Source: Octopus vulgaris
Taxonomy: Eukaryota
NCBI GenBank assembly: GCA_951406725.2
Contig: OX597838.1
Span: forward strand, 9,858,001 to 9,922,000
Direction: 5' to 3'
Length of the DNA: 64,000 nt
Below the pieces are notes generated by a model. It was given only the letters and a program-made list of their open reading frames with translations, searched no databases and had not been told where the DNA came from. Shown here piece by piece: positions 55,110-64,000 of this stretch. Position numbers and translations under genes: made by a program. Every line of letters begins with the position of its first letter. Position 1 is the first letter of the stretch.

Positions 55110-55526
55110 CTCGAGGAATGTGAAGACGCAGGCTGGAATGTGGAACATTTTCCTATCGAAGTCGGATGTAGAGGGTTTATTGGACACAGCATGAGACGAC
55201 TGTTGTTATCGCTAGACCTAACTCATCGTAAAGTCTAATACCACCATGACTGATATCCAATCTACAGTGGAGAAGGCCAGCCACTGGATTTGGTTAAAAA
55301 GAGACGATGAGCAATGGCTAGAAGTATATTGAGTTCTTCATAACCAGCTGATCTAGCAAGCGGGGCGTAATATCAGTGAGGGGGGCCGGTGCGCATTGAT
55401 GCCATCGAGAGGTAGGCCCCGAAACGGCACGCATTCTCTCCTGATGACCCCATACACTTGCTAGCTTCCGATATACAGAGCTTTTAACTGGTAGCACTTG
55501 CATGTGCAAGTTGTTTGCAAGACATC
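55110..55526 (+). mobile_element. Hero-clade (R2 group) LINE 3' end: end of the restriction-like endonuclease ORF plus structured 3'UTR
   Basis: ECEDAGWNVEHFPIEVGCRGFIG..(frameshift)..VEKASHWIWLKRDDEQW..* (stop 55330-55332); flanked by (TA)/(GATA) repeats. Confidence 0.85.
55382..55451 (+). ncRNA. Hammerhead-like motif in non-circularly permuted order
   Basis: ATC 55404-55406, GAAA 55421-55424 and CTGATGA 55441-55447, with stems I and III in exact hammerhead register. Confidence 0.6.
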
Positions 55527-55856
55527 TATATATATATATATGTCTTTTATCTTTGCACTTGTTTCAGTCATTAGACTGCAGCCATGCTGGGACATTGCTT
55601 TGGAGAATTTTTTAGTCGCCCCCGTGCTGGTGACACGTAAAAGCACCATCTGTTCGTGGCCGTTTGCCAGCTCCGTCTGGCACCTGTGTGGGTGGAACGT
55701 AAAAAGCACCCACTACACTCTTGGAGTGGTTGGCGTTAGGAAGAGCATCCAGCTAAAGAAACACTGCCAGATCTGACTGGGCCTGATGCAGCCTTCTGGC
55801 TTCACAGACCCCAGTTGAACCGTCCAACCCATGCTAGCATGAAAAACGGACGCTAA

Positions 55857-55891
<35 letters not shown>

Positions 55892-56478
55892 TGAATTGAC
55901 CCCAGAATTTATTTTTTAAAGCCTGGTGCTTAATCTATTGGTGTCTTTTGCTGAACCACTAAATTATGGCGATGTAAACTCACCAGTTGTCATGTTGAGG
56001 TGGGGGACAAACACACACACACACACACAGGTGTGGCTGTGTGGTAAGAAACTTGCTTCCCAACCGCATGGTTCTGGGTTCAGTCCTACTGGGTAAGTGT
56101 CTTCTACTACAGCCTCAGGCTGACCAAAGCCTTATGAGTGAATTTGGTAGACAGAAACTGAAAGAAGCCCATTGTGTCATCATCATCATCATCATCGTTT
56201 AACATCCGCTTTCCATGCTAGCATGGGTTGGACGATTTGACTGAGAACTGGCAAACCAGATGGCTGCACCAGACTCCAATCTGATCTGGTGCAGGCATCT
56301 GGTTTGCCAGTCCTCAGATGGCTTGTGTGTGTGTGTGTGTGTGTGTGTCTGTTTGTTCCTCCACATCCCCTTCATCATTTGACAACTGACGTTGGTGTGA
56401 TGTTGGTGTGTTGGTGTGCAAAAGGGACCCATAGAATAAGTACACACACACACACACATACACACACACACACACATA

Positions 56479-56591
<113 letters not shown>

Positions 56592-56914
56592 TATGCTAAA
56601 AAGCAGTGCATAGTGCCAGAATTTTCAGCTCTAGTCCGATCGTTTTTAGAGTATCTGCATAAGTGGAGCTTCAACCTGCCAGTCTGTACCATTGTTGAGT
56701 TATACAAGATTCTATAATGAAGTTACACCAAGTAGTGATTCTTCAAAATCATTCAATAGGTAAGTTCTGGGTTGGTGAAATACACAATAGGAAATGCATC
56801 CATTACATAAACCTTTCTACCATAGCTCCAGGCTATCCAAAGCCTTACAAGTGGAATTGGTAGATGAAAAGTGATAAAAGCCTATCCTCTGTGTGTATGT
56901 GTGTGAGAGAGAGA

Positions 56915-56949
<35 letters not shown>

Positions 56950-57238
56950 TAAGAGAGAGAGAGACAGAGAGAGAGGGCACGTGTTAATGTCTTATCTTGA
57001 TGTTGCTGAATATTGGTAAAAATGGTTCTCACTATCATAAGACAAGGTCATTCATTCCCCAGTATTCTGTGAGAGCATGTCTGGCAATGGAAAAATACAA
57101 TATAACCTTGCTTGGAGAAAGGTGAGGGTTGGCAACAGGAAAAGCATAGAAAAAGCTGCCTCAAAAACTAACCCATGCAAGCATGGGGAAGACATTAAAA
57201 TCATGATGCGTGCGTGTGTGCGTGTGTGTGTGTGTATG

Positions 57239-57365
<127 letters not shown>

Positions 57366-57756
57366 ACACACACACACATATATATATATACATATATATA
57401 TATATATCAATTTTCAAATGGAAATTGTAGTTGTGATAGCTATGCCGGTGGCACGTAAAAAGCACCAACCAATTGTGGCCGCCGCCAGCCTCCCCTGGTA
57501 CCTGTGCCGGTGTCACGTAAAAAGCTCCCACTACACTCACGGAGTGGTTGGCTTTAGGAAGGGCATCCAGCTGTAGAAACACTGCCAGATCAGACTGGAG
57601 CCTGGTGCAGCCTCCTGGCTTCCCAGACCCCGGTTGAACCATCCAACCCATGCTAGCATGGAAAACGGACATTAAACGATGATGATGATGATGATGATGA
57701 TGTCAGTAAATCCCAAATCTGAAAGAGAAGCACATTCTAAGTTATGGAGAAGTAGA

Positions 57757-58056
57757 GTAATTAGATAAAGATAGTTATGGCTGGTCTGTCGGGTTACCCT
57801 AGGTTTCATGTCCTTAAAGTGCTTAGCTTTATGGCATTTCTACAGACTCTAATTGCCGGTGGCCTATAATCTCTCTTTATTCCTTTGCCCATGCATTCAA
57901 CAAGTAGCTACAAGGTCTTTTCTCCCTCCACTTTAATGAGAGGTCAAAGGCCACTGGCCGTTGGGGTCTGAAGAAACACTGTAAAGCTAAGCGCTTTATG
58001 GACGTGAAATCCAGAGTAATCCCATAGACAAGTCATAACTGTCATTATTTAATTAC
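57757..58056 (+). repeat. Long imperfect inverted repeat (119-bp arms, 62-nt loop); MITE or hairpin RNA
   Basis: 57757-57875 aligns without gaps to the reverse complement of 57938-58056. Confidence 0.85.
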
Positions 58057-58320
58057 ACACACACATCATCATCATCATCATCGTCGTCGTCTAACGTCTG
58101 TTTTCCGTGCTAGCACGGGTTGGATGGTTCAACCGGGGTCTGGGAAGCCAGGGCTGCACCAGGCTCCAGTCTGATCTGGCAATGTTTTTACGGCTGGATG
58201 CCCTTCCTAACGCCAACCACTCTGCGAGTGTAGTGGGTGCTTTTTACATGCCACCGGCACAGGTGCCAGGGGAGGCTGGCAGCAGCCACGATAGGTTGGT
58301 GCTTTTAATGTGCCACACAA

Positions 58321-58359
<39 letters not shown>

Positions 58360-58360
<1 letters not shown>

Positions 58361-58480
58361 GGAAGGTTGGTTGTTATGGTTGGTCAGAGAGTGACTATTG
58401 GTTTTGCACATATAAAGTGCTTAATTTATGTGTAAAAACCAATGGTCACTCTCTGACTGGCCATAACAGTCAACCTTCTA
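58360..58480 (+). repeat. ~53-bp-stem hairpin (pre-miRNA-like or small MITE)
   Basis: 58360-58412 pairs with 58427-58480; only G-U wobbles and one bulge. Confidence 0.85.
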
Positions 58481-58756
58481 AATATATTACTGCTCTAATG
58501 GTTCAGATTGCTGTGGGGTTGGAAGAATGGACTGGCCAAACTCTTACAAAGAGTAGTGTATTGGTTGAGATGAGAGAGGTCATAGGAGTCGTTGAGAATT
58601 TATGGAAGTCGCAGGAAGTCATTGAGATTGTTGAGAGTTTGTATTTATTGGAGTATCATGTTTAGTGGAGTAATTTGAAGTATGTCGTGTGAAGACAGAT
58701 GTGTCTATCCCTGCTTCAGGAAATCTGTATGTCCAACTTATAGAAGGATATAAAAA

Positions 58757-59125
58757 TGGCGATGAGGATGTCCACTTATAAAAGTGGTGATGAGTTTATT
58801 CGGAGCTTATGTCAGATGTTGACATTTTCTTTGGATACAAAATCAAAGAAAAATTAGTTAACATGGAAGACTTTATTAGTCTCCATGGTGCAGCTGCAAC
58901 AGCAAAACAATACCAACAGTTGCTGGAATTAATGCTGAAGTCCAAACGCAATTACAGCCCAGAAAAAGGTAGAACTTTTTCTGCATATTTCTGAAGATAT
59001 GAAGAAATCTTCAAAGAGGAATACGAAAATTGAACGGACAACAAAAAGGTATGACTACTTTTAAGAAAATTATCCCCAGCTGAACATGAAAAATACTATA
59101 ACAACTTTCTGCCCCCACCCAAAAA
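58757..59125 (+). mobile_element. Ty3/Gypsy (Mag-like) LTR retrotransposon remnant: PBS-like site and gag pseudogene
   Basis: TGGCGATGAGG PBS-like at 58757 (echoed near 58785); translation YSPEKGRTFSAYF*RYEEIFKEEYEN*TDNKKV*LLLRKLSPAEHEKY. 58490-58750 may be LTR. Confidence 0.8.
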
Positions 59126-59264
59126 CCTTTCCAGACAGACAAGTATGCACAATATATGTATGTATGTATGTTATAGGCTTCTGTACAGTTTCCAACTGAC
59201 TTTAAAATTTCAATCCTTGGCAAAGTCATTGCCTGCATTTCCTTAGTATAAATAAATTTTATGC

Positions 59265-59302
<38 letters not shown>

Positions 59303-59506
59303 TATATATAAATGTGACCTCGTGTGTACCGTTGGGGATTTTTTTTTCCTCTGTCTTCCCTTCTCTGGATCTTTCCTTCTCCTATGTTTCCGACGAAAAG
59401 CTCCGCTCGAAACATTAAACCCTCCTTCTTTCCTGAGCGTCCAATAATACTATATTTGTTCCACGTCCTCGCGCTGTCGTGTTTTTTTGTGCTTTCTTGT
59501 TTGGAT

Positions 59507-59629
<123 letters not shown>

Positions 59630-59645
59630 GTGTATATGTATATAT

Positions 59646-59709
<64 letters not shown>

Positions 59710-60323
59710 ATGTATATATATATTTACATATATATTAAGTTAATGTTTGAATGTAAAGCATTATGTATGTATTAATACATGTGTGAATGAGTATATATAT
59801 GATGCTTGTATATGTATGTATATCTATTTATATAGATATAATATACACTCACATATATATAACATGCACACAAAAACACATCATCGTCTAACGTCTGCCT
59901 TCCATGCTGGCATGGGTACACACACACACACACACACACACCCACGCACGCAGGTGCGCACGCACACACACACACGCACACACACACACACACTCGTGTA
60001 CATATTGAAATAACCATAGAAGTCCATATACATTAACAACAGTGCACCAAAATGAAAGAAAAATGCTAAAAGGTGAGCCAAGTGAAAATTAACTCACATC
60101 TCACCAAGGTAACAGCTTCTGATTAATCTGCAAGATGAACTTTTAACACCTGTATTTAGAGTGGCTTTTGATGTTATTAACGAAGTGTGACAACACATGT
60201 GGATGACTCTGTGTGTGGGTGGGTGGGTGTGATTTTTAAGCCTTATAAAGACATCAAGAAAGAAATTCGGTATGTTATGTAGAGTAAATAAAAGTATTAC
60301 TAATAATAATAATAATAACGATG

Positions 60324-60366
<43 letters not shown>

Positions 60367-60395
60367 CAATAATAATAATAATAATGATAATAATG

Positions 60396-60427
<32 letters not shown>

Positions 60428-60448
60428 AACAACAACAACAACAACAAC

Positions 60449-60489
<41 letters not shown>

Positions 60490-60491
60490 TA

Positions 60492-60524
<33 letters not shown>

Positions 60525-60590
60525 CCTCTCTACTATAGGCATAAGGCCTGAAATTTTGGGGTAGGGAACTAGTCGCTTGCATTGACCTCA

Positions 60591-60761
<171 letters not shown>

Positions 60762-61647
60762 GTCTCAAATTTTGGTACAAGGCTGGCAAGTCTGGGGAGG
60801 GATTAAGTTGATTATATTGACCCTGAAAGGCTGGAAGGCAAAATCAACCTCAGGGGTAATTTGAACTCAGAATGTAAAGACAGACAAAATACCACTAAGC
60901 ATTTTGCTCAGTGTGCTACCGATTCTGCCAGCTTGCTGCATTAATAATAATAGTAAGTCATCAGAGAAAGTTCAGAGCTTAAAAAGTGAAAGCATTTTGA
61001 ATTAGAAAAAGAAATTAAAAATCAACAGATGGCAAAAAACTTCTCGTGGGTCATTGTGTGTATGTGTGTGTGTGTAAGTCAGAAATGCATCTGGTACTCT
61101 CACTGGCTGCTGATGGGATGAATTTTTGTCTTTTTCTGATATTTGTGTTTTTCACACCGCGAGTCCATAAGAGATGTTATCTCTGGATAAATACTGCAGT
61201 AACTGGCCTACCAATAACGTACTTACATAAAGTGTGACACATAGATGACTATTTTAATGATATACTGTTTCAATTGCTTTACCATATATACACCCACCCA
61301 CACATACATAGGAATACATTCAAACATATATACATATGTATTTTAGATTATTAAAAACAAACTAGGCCATCTGCCTTTTAAATGGAAAATGATATAAAGT
61401 AAATAGATCTTGTTACTTAGATACAGATTTTGTGGTATTAAGTTGCCAAGTAATGAGTCTCCACCTGGAGCAAATGCAAATTTATCTCAGGTAATATTCT
61501 GAGATAACTTCCTTCTTCTTTCTGGCAATCATGTTAAATGAGCAGAGAAAATGAACTGTGTTTCCCAAATAACGAATAAAACACCTGTAATGTATTTGAA
61601 CTAAACACTTATGAGCTTTTAGACTAGATACTATGTCTGATTATTTA

Positions 61648-62729
61648 CAAAGTGGTATCAAAAAGTTCCAGGACTAATTTAATAAAAAAATAACTAATTT
61701 ACCTAAGTTTTAAGATCATCTCCTTTGAAATAGTTACCTTGTGCAGCAATGCACTGGTCCTTCCACTTTTGTAATTTGGTCTGGAAGTCAATTTCCATGA
61801 GTAAGTTAAGGGCCTTCTGTGATTCACTCTGGATCTTGACAACAGTGTTAAAATGATGACCTTTGAGCTGCATTTTCATCTTGGGGAAGAGATGGAAGTC
61901 TACAGGTGCTAAATTTGGTGATTAGGGTAGGTGTGGAAGCAATACCTATTTCTTTACTACCCACAAGGGGCTACACACAGAGGGGACAAACAAGGACACA
62001 GACAAAGGGATTAAGTCGATTACATCGACCCAGTGCATAACTGGTACTTTATTTATCGACCCCAAAAGGATGAAAGTCAAAGTCGACCTCGGCGGAATTT
62101 GAACTCAGAACGTAACAGCAGACGAAATACGGTTACGCATTTCGCCCAGCGAGCTAATGTTTCTGCCAGCTCGTCACTTTGGTGAGAAACTCATGAGTGA
62201 GGAGAGCTCAGTGAAGAATCCAATTCTTTGCACTCTACAGATCTGGTTGCTTTCACCAAATTTCCTCACTCAAATGCGCCAAAATGTTGTAGAACTCTCA
62301 GTTGATGGTCTGGCCCTGGAGAATGAATTCTCAATGCACAATACCACATTTCTTGTGGTGACACTTGTCACGGGTCTTCCCTATCGCAGGTTTTTCCACT
62401 TTTGAAGCACCGATGCCACACGAAGCATTGTGTATGACCCATTGCCTCATTACTGTAAGCTTGCTGAAACATACTCAATGCGTCAGTAGCAGACTTCCTA
62501 AGTTTAATGCAAAATTTCATGTTGGCTCTTTGTTCCTTCATGACAAAATCACAAACTACAGCATACATGGGATCACAAAAAGACAAATTTCACAACTTGT
62601 GAAGTAAACACAGCAGTGTCACTCAGCACACTGCCTCAATCACTGCTAGCTCTCACTGCACATGCAACCATGTGCTGCCATCTGTTGGCATGCTATAGAA
62701 CTAGTCCAGGAACTTTTGATACCACCTCA
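61648..62729 (-). mobile_element. Degenerate mariner transposon interrupted by SINE B
   Basis: TIRs GTGGTATCAAAAAGTTCCAGGACTA / TAGTCCAGGAACTTTTGATACCAC; N-terminus KEQRANMKFCIKLRKSATDALSMFQQAY; C-terminus DQCIAAQGNYFKGD. Confidence 0.92.
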
Positions 62730-62813
62730 TTTATGTTATTTCAGATTTTGCATGTCTAAGAACTGATCAGCAAATAATTCATTCGCTGAAAATATAAACA
62801 AAGTCACTGGCCT

Positions 62814-62856
62814 GTTTGGCTGATGAGAAACATATTGAAACACCAGTGTTCCAGAA
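62814..62856 (+). ncRNA. Type I hammerhead ribozyme motif, unit 1 (damaged copies at 63563-63593 and 63872-63914)
   Basis: TTTGG-CTGATGA-gaaacatatt-GAAA-CACcaGTG-T-T-CCAGA. Confidence 0.75.
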
Positions 62857-63097
62857 TGCCTTGCAATGAGCTGAATGTGTCCAGAACATACTGTCCTTGT
62901 AAAAGGCAGAAGAGCTGTTCTGTGACATACACGACAGCAACCAGTATATTTTGCATCTGAACCTGCCTTGACATATTACAAACAAATATGCAAATTTTAA
63001 TTTTAAATCTTGCTGTACATGGTACAAATAATGATCTTTGCTTTTGTCTGTTGGTAGATATAAGCACCAAACAGAAAACAATTTATTTGCTGAAATA

Positions 63098-63516
63098 GGC
63101 GCAGGAGTGGCTGTGTGGTAAGTAGCTTTCTTACCAACCACATGGTTCCGGGTTCAGTCCCACTGCGTGGCACCTTGGGCAAGTGTCTTCTGCTATAGCC
63201 TCGGGCCGACCAATGCCTTGTGAGTGGATTTGGTAGACGGAAACTGAGAGAAGCCCGTCGTATATATGTATTAATATATATGTATGTGCGTGTATATGTT
63301 TGTGTGTCTGTGTTTGTACCCCCTAGCATTGCTTGACAACCGATGCTGGTGTGTTTACGTCCCCGTCACTTAGCGGTTTGGCAAAAGAGACCGATAGAAT
63401 AAGTACTGGGCTTACAAAGGATAAGTCCTGGGGTCGATTTGCTCGACTAAAGGTGGTGCTCCAGCATGGCCGCAGTCAAATGACTGAAACAAGTAAAAGA
63501 GTAAAAAAGAGTAAGA
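63098..63516 (+). mobile_element. SINE family A, full length, inserted in the tandem array
   Basis: Colinear with family A; array sequence CTGAAA|GTATAAA resumes on both sides. Confidence 0.93.
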
Positions 63517-64000
63517 GTATAAACAAAGCTACCGGCTTGTTTAGGTTCAAAGATCTGAGTACTTCTGGCTGATGAAATACTGGTGTCCCAGAATCCTTTG
63601 TACCAAGACACTTTGTTAAAAGCACTTTGTCATTGTAAAAGAGAGAAGCTGTCCTGTGATATATACAACAGCAACCAGCATATTTTGTGTTCAAACCTGC
63701 CTTGACATGTTGTGAATAGATATGCAAATAATCATTTGAGATCTCGCTGTACACTGCAAATAGTGGGGGTTTTTTTGCTTGTTGGCAGATACAAGCACTA
63801 ACGGAAAATAATTTATTCACTGAAAGTATAAAGAAAGCCACTGGTTTGTTAAGGATTAAAGGTCTGGGTACTTCTAGCTGAGAAACAATATATCAAAACT
63901 CTATTGTCCAAGAATCCCTTGCACCAATGAGTCAAATGTGTTAAAAACCCACTGTCATTGTAAAAGGGAGAAGCTGTTCTGTGACATACACTAAATCTTT

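Larger units (their letters stand above)
62774..64000 (+). repeat. Diverged ~310-330 bp tandem array, one hammerhead motif per unit (retrozyme/satellite-2-like); continues past the window
   Basis: Units start near 62774, 63078 (split by SINE A) and 63809; shared blocks GTCATTGTAAAAG..GCTGTTCTGTGACATAC, CAGCAACCAG, AACCTGCCTTGACAT, ATGCAAAT. Confidence 0.85.

Noticed and set aside
62779-63841. Minus-strand ORFs of 120-121 aa in the tandem array
   Set aside because: Frames are not conserved between units; conservation follows + strand RNA motifs instead.

Overview
AT-rich, gene-poor eukaryotic DNA, intergenic or deep intronic. It is packed with (TA)n, (CA)n, (GAT)n, (TAA)n and (CTAT)n microsatellites and at least eight interspersed SINE-like families. 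The repeat landscape best fits a coleoid cephalopod (Octopus); this is an inference from repeat style, not a database match. I found no credible host protein-coding gene, and nearly all listed ORFs are translations of microsatellites or SINEs. The recognisable coding remnants are all transposon-derived: two mariner copies, a DD37D/maT-like transposase, two RTE LINE 3' ends, a Hero/R2-group LINE 3' end and a Ty3/Gypsy gag. Several MITEs are also present. The most interesting signal is RNA-level. (1) A diverged ~310-330 bp tandem array at 62.77-64.0 kb carries a type I hammerhead ribozyme motif in each unit, with an ATGCAAAT octamer in the two complete units, resembling a retrozyme or newt satellite 2. 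(2) Hammerhead cores in non-circularly permuted order occur in a Hero LINE 3'UTR and in two short TA-flanked fragments. (3) Penelope-type minimal hammerheads are present. (4) Two long hairpins show strand-biased G-U pairing. All alignments and base-pair counts were made by eye, and SINE family letters (A-H) are my own labels.
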